A stretch of DNA of 64,000 nucleotides, taken from assembly GCA_045811185.1 (NCBI GenBank), contig JBJMUN010000046.1:10160-74159 (forward strand), read 5' to 3'. This document shows positions 31,899 to 42,285 of the stretch, piece after piece (the stretch's first letter is position 1; every line of letters starts with the position of its first letter). The stretch comes from Sphingomicrobium sp. GTDB lineage: Bacteria > Pseudomonadota > Alphaproteobacteria > Sphingomonadales > Sphingomonadaceae. The notes under the pieces were generated by a model. The model made no database searches and had not been told where the DNA came from. It saw only the letters and a program-made list of their open reading frames with translations. The translations under genes and the position numbers were made by a program.

Positions 31899-32276
31899 TT
31901 ATCTGGCCGTCGCGGCTGCCTTTGCCGGGCTTCCGCCGCTGACGAGGCCCATCACACCTTCCATCACGAGCTCGTAGAGGAAGATCGCCAGCGCCGTGGC
32001 CAGCGCACCAGCCGCGCCCAACTGGAGATTGCCAGCGACTGCAGTAAGTTTCGTACCGATTGTCGGTATCTGGCCAAGCGCGCCTCCAACTATCGGCAAC
32101 GCAATGACAAGCGCTGCAAGAAGGACCATTCTGTCCCTCGGCACAGCGAGACCGGCGACCAACCCAAGGACGACGAGCACCAGCGGCACGTTCATCATGC
32201 CGATGGCGACGAAGCCTGCGATGATCGCGAGCAAAATGTAGAGCGCGCGAGCAAGCGCGCCGATCTTGTTCAGCAT
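31899..32276 (-). CDS. Small hypothetical multi-TM membrane protein
   Basis: 125 aa, almost entirely hydrophobic (about 4 TM); SD GGGAGGGG. Confidence 0.72.
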   Translation of the reverse strand: MLNKIGALARALYILLAIIAGFVAIGMMNVPLVLVVLGLVAGLAVPRDRMVLLAALVIALPIVGGALGQIPTIGTKLTAVAGNLQLGAAGALATALAIFLYELVMEGVMGLVSGGSPAKAAATAR

Positions 32277-32373
32277 ATATCCCCTCCCTTTTTATCCCGC
32301 TCGGCGATCTTGCGCCGCCGTGTGTCGGAATGACGACAGAGTACGCTCAATCATCTCGTTTCGCAGCGATAAT

Positions 32374-32482
32374 GAATCCTTACGAATCAAACGATTGCTG
32401 CAGGCCGTTAAATCTTCACGGGCGCACGGTGCTTCTGTCAGCTGTGGATAACTATCGGTCGCGCCTTGCGGGCGCCCGAGTC
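32374..32482 (+). promoter_or_regulatory. Perfect DnaA box plus three GANTC sites upstream of dnaG
   Basis: TGTGGATAA (reverse complement TTATCCACA) at 32443-32451; GAATC 32374 and 32384; GAGTC 32478. Confidence 0.55.
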
Positions 32483-32508
32483 GGCTGTCACAAAATTTCT
32501 TTCCCGAG

Positions 32509-34347
32509 ATGACGCTTTCTCCCGCCTGGCTCGACGAACTGCGCGCGCGGACGATCTTGTCCGCCGTGATAGCCCCGTCCGTGAAGCTCATCCGCGCAGG
32601 CCGTGAGTTCAAGGCTTGCTGTCCGTTCCACAACGAGAAGACCCCGAGCTTCACCGTCAACGACGACAAGGGCTTCTATCATTGCTTCGGATGCGGGGCG
32701 CACGGCGATGCGATCCGCTTTCTGACCGATCAGCGCGGCATGCCATTCATGGACGCGGTGAAGGAGCTTGCATCCAAGGCTGGCATGGAGGTCCCTGCCT
32801 CTGATCCACGCGCGCGGGAGCAGGCGGAGCGAAGCGCGACCCTGACCGACGTCATGGGGCAAGTCGCGCAATGGTATTCCGAGCAGCTCAATGGCCTGAA
32901 TGGAGCCGAGGCGCGCGAATATCTGAAGCGCCGCGGCATCGAGGGCGCCATCGCAGCGCGGTTCGGGCTTGGCCTCGCGCCCGATAACCGAACTGCTCTA
33001 AAGCGCGCCCTCGGCCACCTCGACGAGGAAAAACTTGTCGATACCGGCATGCTCATCCAGCCAGAGGAAGGCGAAAAGGAGAGCTACGATCGCTTCCGTG
33101 GCCGACTGATGATTCCCATCCGCGACCCGCGAGGTCGCGTGATCGGTTTCGGCGGCCGTATCCTCGGAACGGGCGAGCCCAAGTATCTCAATTCACCGCA
33201 GACGGTGCTCTTCGACAAGGGCCGCACGCTCTACAACCTCGATCGCGCTGGGCCGGCAAGCCGCATCGCCAAGCGTCTCATCGTCGTCGAAGGCTATATG
33301 GACGTCATCGCCCTCGACCGCGCCGGAATCAGCGAGGTGGTTGCTCCTAATGGTACTGCGCTGACAGAAGGTCAGCTCGAACGCCTGTGGCGTCTGGACC
33401 CCTCGCCGATCCTCTGCTTCGACGGCGATAATGCCGGCAAGAAGGCCGCTATTCGCGCGGCGATGCGCGCGCTCCCCTTGCTCCGCCCCGACCGAACGTT
33501 GCGCTTCGTCGAGTTGCCGGCGGGCCAGGACCCCGATGACGTCATCGGATCGGGTGGTCGGGAGGCATTCGAGGCATTGCTGTCGAATGCCGAGCCGTTC
33601 GACGCTCGCTTGTGGCGCCATGAGCTTGATGCGGAACCCCTGACCACACCTGAAAACTGGGCCAGCCTCAAGCAGCGCCTCATCGACCATGCCTCGACGA
33701 TTGCCCATGCCGACCTCTCGCGCATGTACCGTGAGGACTGGCTCAATCGCTTTTACGAGCAGCGTCGTCCCACCGCTTCGGCGCCTCGGCCTGTCACGCA
33801 GGGTCGCCGCGGCAGCTTCAAGAACGGCCGTTTCATCCCGCCGGCGCCGCCGGTGAGAGAGGAAGCGAAGTCGATTGCCGATTTCGGGATCGACGCACCC
33901 ACGGCCCGCGCGCTCATTCTCGGTTTCGCTAATTTCCCCGAAGAGCTTCCGACGCATTGCGAGCAGCTCGCTTCCCTTCCAATCGCGGACAAATCGACGG
34001 CAAAATTGCGTGACGAGCTCGTCAACGCAGCCTTTACCGGTGCCGTGCTTGATCGTGAGGGGGTTGCCACCATATTAGGCGCCGATGGAGCATCGGGCGT
34101 CAAAAGCCCACGCACCATGGGCTTTTCCTTTACCCGCCGCGACAGCGATCCGGACCGCGCGAGAAGCGATCTGGCTGCTGCCGTGGAGATCATCGCTGCG
34201 GCGGAGGAAGTCGAAAAGGCCCTGGAACATGCAACGGAACGGCTGGAGCAGGATTTCACTGCCGAGGCGTTTGAAGAACAGCAGCGCCTGAAGGAGGCGC
34301 AGCGCGGATTGAGGCAAAGGCTGGCGCACCTCGCCGGTACCGATTAA
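32509..34347 (+). CDS. dnaG: DNA primase
   Basis: Zn ribbon [11 protein letters not shown]...CFGC; [10 protein letters not shown]; KYLNSP; [22 protein letters not shown]. Confidence 0.98.
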   Translation: MTLSPAWLDELRARTILSAVIAPSVKLIRAGREFKACCPFHNEKTPSFTVNDDKGFYHCFGCGAHGDAIRFLTDQRGMPFMDAVKELASKAGMEVPASDPRAREQAERSATLTDVMGQVAQWYSEQLNGLNGAEAREYLKRRGIEGAIAARFGLGLAPDNRTALKRALGHLDEEKLVDTGMLIQPEEGEKESYDRFRGRLMIPIRDPRGRVIGFGGRILGTGEPKYLNSPQTVLFDKGRTLYNLDRAGPASRIAKRLIVVEGYMDVIALDRAGISEVVAPNGTALTEGQLERLWRLDPSPILCFDGDNAGKKAAIRAAMRALPLLRPDRTLRFVELPAGQDPDDVIGSGGREAFEALLSNAEPFDARLWRHELDAEPLTTPENWASLKQRLIDHASTIAHADLSRMYREDWLNRFYEQRRPTASAPRPVTQGRRGSFKNGRFIPPAPPVREEAKSIADFGIDAPTARALILGFANFPEELPTHCEQLASLPIADKSTAKLRDELVNAAFTGAVLDREGVATILGADGASGVKSPRTMGFSFTRRDSDPDRARSDLAAAVEIIAAAEEVEKALEHATERLEQDFTAEAFEEQQRLKEAQRGLRQRLAHLAGTD

Positions 34348-34360
34348 GCGACGGAACAAT

Positions 34361-36418
<2,058 letters not shown>

Positions 36419-36441
36419 GCGAGCCGCCGCGAGATTCGGCG

Positions 36442-36477
36442 GCCATCACGCGGAGTTACTCCGCGTGAGCGCCCTTG
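36442..36477. repeat. Palindromic repeat, copy 1
   Basis: CCA-TCACGCGGAG-TTA-CTCCGCGTGA-G-CGCCCTT; perfect 10-bp stem at 36446-36468, after a second hairpin at 36423-36443. Confidence 0.7.
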
Positions 36478-36564
36478 TGCGTAAATCGTTCTTACCCCTT
36501 CGCTTCCGCGACCGATGGGTCTAAAAGGCGACATACGCACGCATACAAAGGGGGTTTGCTTCAC

Positions 36565-36807
36565 ATGGCCAGGAATGTCGGACCGGAAGATCGGATCGTT
36601 CGTATTGTCGTGGCGATCGGGCTCTGCGTCCTCGTCTACATGGGCGTCGTCGGCGGTACCGTCGCGACCGCCATCGTCGGTGTGCTCGCCGCCTACCTTT
36701 TGATCACTGGCCTCGTCGCTCGCTGCCTTTTCTACAAGGTCGCCGACATAGACACGAGCATCCAGGAACAGCCTTACTCCACGACGGACGATCGGGCTGG
36801 TTTCTAG
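36565..36807 (+). CDS. DUF2892 (YgaP-like) 2-TM membrane protein
   Basis: MARNVGPEDRIVRIVVAIG...LLITGLVARCLFYK (NVG..DR..R...G and C..Y pattern). Confidence 0.85.
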   Translation: MARNVGPEDRIVRIVVAIGLCVLVYMGVVGGTVATAIVGVLAAYLLITGLVARCLFYKVADIDTSIQEQPYSTTDDRAGF

Positions 36808-36884
36808 TCGAGCCGCAGAGCGAAGCAACGCCGACGAGTAGCATCGCCGGCGAGACATGCCCCGCGCGCTTCAGCGCAACGGGA

Positions 36885-36923
36885 CCATCGTCACGCGGAG
36901 TTGCTCGGCGTGACGTCGCCCTT
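36885..36923. repeat. Palindromic repeat, copy 2
   Basis: CCA-TCG-TCACGCGGAG-TTG-CTCGGCGTGA-CGT-CGCCCTT; core 36891-36913 is 21/23 identical to copy 1. Confidence 0.7.
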
Positions 36924-37155
36924 CCCTAAAGGCTTAGCTTAAGCGACAGCACCTTGGCCGGCGCTGCTCCATCCGGCCATCGTAGCCGCGGCTGACCCTC
37001 CGCGCATCGGTGCCTCCGCCGCCACCGGTATGGTGTACGGCTGTTTGACTTACTGCAGTTTCCGGCGCAGGCGCAGCGACCGGCGCGAGGGGACCCTGCA
37101 AAGGGCCGCGCCGGACGTAGCCCGCGTGTTCTCAACCGAACGATGGGGGTATCCG

Positions 37156-37587
37156 ATGAAACAGCTGATCAAACTCGCGGCCGCGGCATCACTCGGCGCC
37201 ATGGTATCCGGCACGATCGTCTACGCGCAAGCCGCCTCGACGGAACCGCCAAAGGCCAGGATCGCGCTCTATCGGGCCGCTCCCGGGCAGCACATCGCCT
37301 TGTTGCGCTGGCTCGCCCAGCAGGACCGGGTGGCGCAGTCGGTTGGCCTGCCGGCTTCCAAATTTTACGCGCATACCGACGGCGACAGCTGGGATTATCT
37401 GGCGATCGATCCAGTGACAACGCCTGCTCAGGACAAGGCGCTGGACGATGCAGCCAAGAAAATGGGGATGCCGATCGGGCCGGCATCGTCGATCGAGTTT
37501 CGCAAATATGTCTCGGTCCACACCGATACGTTCGCCATCGGGCCGGTGACCGTCTCGCAATATCTGGCGATGGCGGGACAGCAGTAA
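37156..37587 (+). CDS. Hypothetical secreted protein, possible NIPSNAP-like alpha/beta barrel
   Basis: Signal peptide ending VYAQA; IALYRAAPG, FYAHTDGDSWDYLAI, HTDT. Confidence 0.72.
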   Translation: MKQLIKLAAAASLGAMVSGTIVYAQAASTEPPKARIALYRAAPGQHIALLRWLAQQDRVAQSVGLPASKFYAHTDGDSWDYLAIDPVTTPAQDKALDDAAKKMGMPIGPASSIEFRKYVSVHTDTFAIGPVTVSQYLAMAGQQ

Positions 37588-37614
37588 GCGGCGGGCGTTG
37601 GCGGGGCTGGCGGC

Positions 37615-37785
37615 CTAGTTCCTCGCGATATTCTCCAGCCTCGCCTGCAGCCTATGAATGTCCTGTTCGATGGCGGCGGCCCAGGCTCGCAGCTGCTCCG
37701 CCATGTTCCGGTCGTGCGTCAAGTCGGCGAGCCGGCGACATTGCTCGGCCCGTGCCTTCATGTTCTCAAGCGGATCCTCGCCCAT
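37615..37785 (-). CDS. Small (56 aa) helical hypothetical protein
   Basis: MGEDPLENMKARAEQCRRLADLTHDRNMAEQLRAWA...; purine-rich SD; EcfG-like promoter upstream. Confidence 0.62.
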   Translation of the reverse strand: MGEDPLENMKARAEQCRRLADLTHDRNMAEQLRAWAAAIEQDIHRLQARLENIARN

Positions 37786-37812
37786 TCCCGTCCCCTGATC
37801 CTTCAAGCATGT

Positions 37813-37837
37813 AACCAAGGTGATTGGTCCGGGTTGC
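37813..37837 (-). promoter_or_regulatory. Putative sigma-EcfG promoter of the 56-aa gene
   Basis: Minus strand GCAAC-N16-GGTT, 28 nt before ATG 37785. Confidence 0.45.
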
Positions 37838-37840
37838 AGA

Positions 37841-37993
37841 ATGGCCCAAAATTCAGGTTCGCGTCGCCGGGGGGCCTTCATGCCGGACAGGCAAGCCAAC
37901 GCGATGGCCCGCGAGTTGAAGCTGACGCCTAAGTGCGAGTTGTGGGAGCGCGGACGCATGGTCGCGACGCTCGACCCGCACCTCGCGACCTGA
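37841..37993 (+). CDS. Small ORF (50 aa), possibly a truncated small protein; absent from the ORF track
   Basis: MAQNSGSRRRGAFMPDRQANAMARELKLTPKCELWERGRMVATLDPHLAT*. The C-terminal AREL..CELW..GR.VA.L resembles, from memory, small sphingomonad proteins. Confidence 0.35.
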   Translation: MAQNSGSRRRGAFMPDRQANAMARELKLTPKCELWERGRMVATLDPHLAT

Positions 37994-38075
37994 GGGCGTT
38001 TCTGAACGGGCGCGTGAATCGCGCTTGCTCCTATTCGGGCACGACAGGTAAATAGCGGTGAAGGAGAGGCGCCGG

Positions 38076-39833
38076 ATGGCGGATGTCTTCGTCTCCTACG
38101 CACGGTCGGACGAACCCGAGGCGGTCAGAATCGCGGAGGCTTTGCGCTCGCGCGGCTATCAGGTCTGGCGCGACGACGAGATTCCCGGGCACGGGACATT
38201 CGGCAAGGTTATCGAGGAAAATCTGAGCAGCGCGAAGGCGGTCTTGGTGGTCTGGTCCGCTGCCTCGGCCCAGTCAGACTGGGTCCGGGCCGAGTCGGAC
38301 AGGGCCCGTCAGGCGCATACCTTGATTCAGGTCAGCATCGACGGCACCCTCCCGCCCCTGCCCTTCAACCAGATCCAGTGCACCGACCTTTCCGGATGGG
38401 ATGGTCGCCTCGATTCGGACGCTTGGCGCAAGGTCGAAAAGAGCATCGCCGCACTCGCGGGCGAGTCGGTCAAAGGCTCGGGCGAAAACGACTCCCAATC
38501 CGGCCGGCGTCCCTCAATCTGCGTCCTTCCGTTCATCAACATGAGCGGCGACCCCGAGCAGGAATATTTCAGCGACGGCATCACTGAGGACATCATCACC
38601 GACTTGTCCAAAGTATCGGCGCTCTCGGTCGTCGCTCGCAACACGTCATTCAATTACAAAGGCAAGCCCGTTGACGTGCTCGAGGTCGGGCGCATTCTCA
38701 AGGTCAGCCACGTCCTGGAAGGTAGCGTCCGCAAGGCGGCGGGACGGGTCCGAATCAATGCGCAGCTGATCGACGCGAAGGCCGGGGACCATGTCTGGGC
38801 CGATCGCTACGACCGCGAGCTCACCGACATATTCGAGATCCAGGACGAGTTTTCGAACGCCATCGTCAGCGCACTGCAACTGAAGCTCCTACCCAAGGAA
38901 CGGCGAGCGATCGAGCAGCGGGGTACGTCCAGCCCCGAGGCATACAACTTGTACCTGATGGCAAGGCAGCATTGGATCATGGGCAGCCTCGGCGACATCC
39001 GACGCGACGACACCATCGTGCGGATCTGCAGGCAAGCGATTGCGCTGGATGCCTCATACGCGCGTGCATGGGCGCTCATGGCGCTTGCACAGTCCGAGCT
39101 CCGCTTCTGGCATGAGAAGCCGGAGGATCCGCTGCCTGCCGCCGAGCGTGCACTCGCGCTCGATCCCGATTTGCCCGAAGCTTATTGCGTAAAAGCGAGG
39201 TACCTCGGCGAGCAGGGCCGCTTCGACGAAGCCAATCAGCTGATCGAGAAGGCTCTTGGTCTCGACCCGCACTCGTGGGAGGTCAACCAGGAAACGGCTC
39301 GGCTGATTTTCCGCCAGGGGCGGGCGAAAGATGCCCTGCCCTATTTCGAAAAAGCCGCGTCACTTATGGACACGGACTATCACAACGCATTGATGCTCCT
39401 CTGCTGCTACCGGAGTGTTGGCGACAGCCGCGGCATGACGCGCGCAGCCCAGATGACCGCGGACCGCGCCGAGCATGTTATCGCCCAGGATCCCACCAAC
39501 GGCGGGGCGCTAGCAGCGGGGGCCCATGCCCTCGCGGCTCTTGGCGAAAATCAGAGAGCCAAGGACTGGATGGATCGAGCGCTGCTGATCGCGCCGGAGA
39601 ATCTCACGACACGATACAATCTTGGATGCGCCATCGCTGCCTATTTGGACGACGCGAATGCCGCACTCGATGTCCTTGAACCCTTCTACACGACGGTAGC
39701 GAGCATCGCTCATATCAAGCACGCCGATGTTGATCCCGATCTCGATACGCTGAGGGATGACCCGCGTTTCCAGAAGATGGTGGCGGAGGCGAAGAACCGG
39801 CTGGGCACGAACGAACAGGTCGCAGCGCAATAA
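38076..39833 (+). CDS. TIR domain - TolB_N-like domain - TPR protein
   Basis: TIR: DVFVSYARSD..VWRDD..VLVVWSAASAQSDWVRAE. Middle: PSICVLPFINMSGDPEQEYFSDGITEDIITDLS. Then TPRs and a C-terminal YNLGC...DPDLDTLRDDPRF. SD AAGGAG. Confidence 0.9.
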   Translation: MADVFVSYARSDEPEAVRIAEALRSRGYQVWRDDEIPGHGTFGKVIEENLSSAKAVLVVWSAASAQSDWVRAESDRARQAHTLIQVSIDGTLPPLPFNQIQCTDLSGWDGRLDSDAWRKVEKSIAALAGESVKGSGENDSQSGRRPSICVLPFINMSGDPEQEYFSDGITEDIITDLSKVSALSVVARNTSFNYKGKPVDVLEVGRILKVSHVLEGSVRKAAGRVRINAQLIDAKAGDHVWADRYDRELTDIFEIQDEFSNAIVSALQLKLLPKERRAIEQRGTSSPEAYNLYLMARQHWIMGSLGDIRRDDTIVRICRQAIALDASYARAWALMALAQSELRFWHEKPEDPLPAAERALALDPDLPEAYCVKARYLGEQGRFDEANQLIEKALGLDPHSWEVNQETARLIFRQGRAKDALPYFEKAASLMDTDYHNALMLLCCYRSVGDSRGMTRAAQMTADRAEHVIAQDPTNGGALAAGAHALAALGENQRAKDWMDRALLIAPENLTTRYNLGCAIAAYLDDANAALDVLEPFYTTVASIAHIKHADVDPDLDTLRDDPRFQKMVAEAKNRLGTNEQVAAQ

Positions 39834-39973
39834 GCGCGTGGATAGGCCGGACCATCCAGCTTTCGAGGGTGGTTCTGATAGGTCGCAGCCGCCGCAACCA
39901 TCGCCGAGCCGTTAATTTCCCGAAACCAAATTCCGTCATGTGCCGCTAACCGCGTCGGCGTAAACCGGAGCTT

Positions 39974-40069
39974 GGCAGTGCCGCCCACCTAGCGAGCCCG
40001 GGCGGTGCTGCCGAGTACTGGAGCCCTGCCGCCGGCCGGATTGCTCCCCTTGCCGCCGGCGGAGGGCTC
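39974..40069. other. Two tandem long hairpins between convergent genes; terminators or candidate sRNA
   Basis: Hairpin 39974-40012 (13 bp, two G-U pairs on the + strand) and hairpin 40021-40069 (about 17 bp with bulges, loop ATTGCTCCCCTTG). Confidence 0.4.
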
Positions 40070-40083
40070 TTGAGCCCGAGCGC

Positions 40084-40593
40084 TTACTCCGGTTGCGGCA
40101 ATTCGCGCTGCATGTAGACGCTGTCGAGCCATCGTCCGAACTTGAACCCGACAGCCTTGAGCCGCCCGACCTCGGCGAAGCCGAAGACCCGGTGCAGTCC
40201 GACGGACGCCGGCTCACCGCCGCCGATCACTGCAATCATTGTCCGGAACCCACTCGCAGGCGCTCGTTTGAGGAGGTCAATGAGGAGCGCCTTGCCGACG
40301 CCGCGACCGAGCCACTCCGGATGGACGTAGATGCTGTCTTCGCAAGTGAAGCGGTAGGCAGCCCGGTCTCGGAACTGGGTCACATAGGCATAGCCAGTGA
40401 CCTTTTCCGCCTGTTCGGCGACAATGAATGGCCAGCCCTCGGCGGCAATGCGCCGGATTTTGGCTTCGTGAAATTCGCGGTCCGGCGGATCGATGTCGTA
40501 AGAGGCGGTGCCAGTCAGCACATGATGAGTGTAAATGGCGGCGACTGCCTCGGCGTCGGCTTCTGAGACGTCGCGGATCAGCAGGTCGCTCAC
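40084..40593 (-). CDS. GNAT N-acetyltransferase, YncA/Pat (phosphinothricin/methionine sulfoximine) family
   Basis: IYTHHVLTGTASY, YRFTCEDSIYV, GRGVGKALL, SVGLH..FGF, GFKFGRWLD; GTG start with SD GAGGGG. Confidence 0.9.
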   Translation of the reverse strand: MSDLLIRDVSEADAEAVAAIYTHHVLTGTASYDIDPPDREFHEAKIRRIAAEGWPFIVAEQAEKVTGYAYVTQFRDRAAYRFTCEDSIYVHPEWLGRGVGKALLIDLLKRAPASGFRTMIAVIGGGEPASVGLHRVFGFAEVGRLKAVGFKFGRWLDSVYMQRELPQPE

Positions 40594-40705
40594 GCCGCTC
40601 CCCTCGCACCGCCGCGGTTGCGGCGGCAAGGTCAAGACTTCACTCCCGGTTCACCTGCGAACCGGCTAGGGCGAGCGTAACGCGACGCATCAATTCCAAA
40701 GACTC

Positions 40706-41452
40706 TTGCCGGCCTATCGCCTTCCCTCGCCCCACGATCGTCCGCCGCTGCGCCGGCGGGTGTCGGGCTTTGCGCTCGCGCTGGCGATCAATCTTGTACT
40801 GCTTCTTGTCCTCATGACGCTCGGCGTCATGCCGCAGCCCACCGCCCAGAAGACGCTTCGAGGCGTCGTCGTCGACCTCATCCCCAATCAGCGCAGCAGC
40901 GCTCCCGAACGACACAGGACACGGATTGAGCGGCCGCGGGTTGAAACCAACCGTCCGATCCCGAAGCCGCCGCCTATCGTCCTGCCCACCAAACCAACGA
41001 TCGCGCCGCCACCCCAGCCCACTGCCAAGCCTTCACCGTGGCTCGAGCTGAGCAAGGATGAAATGGCGGCATCGGATATTTCCAAGCTCCCGGCAGCCGG
41101 CTCCGGCAGTGCCGGCGACAGCGAGGTAATCGGGCGCGGACCAAACGGCGAAGCGCTTTATGCCGCGGAATGGGCGCGGGAGCCGACTGATGCCGAGCTT
41201 GGAGGCTATCTGCCCCGCAATGCGCCCGACGGGTATGGGCTCATCGCCTGCAAGACGGTCGCCGGAAACCGCGTCGAGGACTGCGTCGAGCTCGACCAGT
41301 ATCCGCACGGTTCGCACCTTGCCGCCGCCGTGCGGCAGGCTGCCTGGCAATTCCGGGTTCGCCCGCCGCGCAAGGGCGGCCGACCGCTTGTCGGATCATG
41401 GGTGCAGATCCGAATCGACTACATCCGCTACGGCGGCGCGAGGAGCGACTAG
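40706..41452 (+). CDS. TonB-like protein (TM anchor, Pro-rich spacer, TonB-C-like domain)
   Basis: One TM; PKPPPIVLP Pro-rich stretch; C-terminal ACKT..VEDCVEL..AAWQFRVRPPRKGG. Confidence 0.65.
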   Translation: MPAYRLPSPHDRPPLRRRVSGFALALAINLVLLLVLMTLGVMPQPTAQKTLRGVVVDLIPNQRSSAPERHRTRIERPRVETNRPIPKPPPIVLPTKPTIAPPPQPTAKPSPWLELSKDEMAASDISKLPAAGSGSAGDSEVIGRGPNGEALYAAEWAREPTDAELGGYLPRNAPDGYGLIACKTVAGNRVEDCVELDQYPHGSHLAAAVRQAAWQFRVRPPRKGGRPLVGSWVQIRIDYIRYGGARSD

Positions 41453-42285
41453 CGCTGGGGCGCGCGCTCCGCCTCGGCAAGCACCTGTTTTACGACATTG
41501 CTGGGTATGGCAAAGCCGATCCCGACATTTCCGGCGCTGCTCTCGCTAGAGCTCGGGCTGAACAAAGCCGAGTTGATCCCGATCAGCTCCCCGTGAAGAC
41601 TGATCAGTGCGCCGCCAGAATTGCCTGGGTTGATGGGGGCATCGGTCTGGATGAAGCGGCGTGTGTCTCCCTGGCCGAGAGGCCGATCGGTTGCACTGAC
41701 GATGCCACTCGTCACCGTCTGGCCAAGGCCGAAGGGATTGCCGATCGCAACGACATAATCGCCGACCTCCAGCTTCTTGCTGTCGCCGAGCGGGAGCGTT
41801 GGCAGATCCCTTGCGCCGATCTTGAGCACCGCGAGATCGAGGCTTGGAGCAGCGCCGAGCGGCTCGGCCGGGAATTTGCGGCCGTCCTTCAACGTTACTT
41901 CGATTGCGCTCGCATTCCGGATCACGTGGAAGTTCGTGATGACGAAGCCGCGCTGTCCATCGACGATGACGCCCGAACCGGCCGCCATCGCTGGCTGGAG
42001 CGCAGCGTCCGGAACGCCGAAATAGCGCCGGAAAAAAGGATCCTGCAGCAGCGGGTTCTGCTGGGCCGGCGAAGGCTGCAGCACTGCGATGTTCACTACT
42101 GCCGGCGCCGTCTTCTTCACCAGCGGCGCGAGGCTGCCGTCACCTGGCCCGGCGAGAACTCGAGGCGGCTGCACCTCGTCGGCAGCTACCGGCAGCATCC
42201 GTGCAACAACGCCCCCGATCACGGCCGAGACGGCCATGAACAGGAACAGCAGGAGAAACGGAAAACGCCCTCGATTGTCGGCCAT
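41449..42285 (-). CDS. HtrA/DegQ-type trypsin-like serine protease lacking PDZ domains
   Basis: N-terminal TM; TNFHV (His), DLAVLK (Asp), QTDAPINPGNSGG (Ser); stops right after the protease domain. Confidence 0.88.
   Translation of the reverse strand: MADNRGRFPFLLLFLFMAVSAVIGGVVARMLPVAADEVQPPRVLAGPGDGSLAPLVKKTAPAVVNIAVLQPSPAQQNPLLQDPFFRRYFGVPDAALQPAMAAGSGVIVDGQRGFVITNFHVIRNASAIEVTLKDGRKFPAEPLGAAPSLDLAVLKIGARDLPTLPLGDSKKLEVGDYVVAIGNPFGLGQTVTSGIVSATDRPLGQGDTRRFIQTDAPINPGNSGGALISLHGELIGINSALFSPSSSESSAGNVGIGFAIPSNVVKQVLAEAERAPQR

Noticed and set aside
32443-32451. Replication origin
   Set aside because: A single DnaA box in a short promoter region, with no box cluster or DUE-like AT repeats.
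36442-36923. CRISPR array or integron attC sites
   Set aside because: Only two copies, about 445 bp apart, with no cas genes or integrase and no RYYYAAC/GTTRRRY cores.
38076-39833. Thoeris or CBASS defence system
   Set aside because: No ThsA-like effector or cyclase in the neighbourhood, so it is kept only as an orphan TIR receptor.
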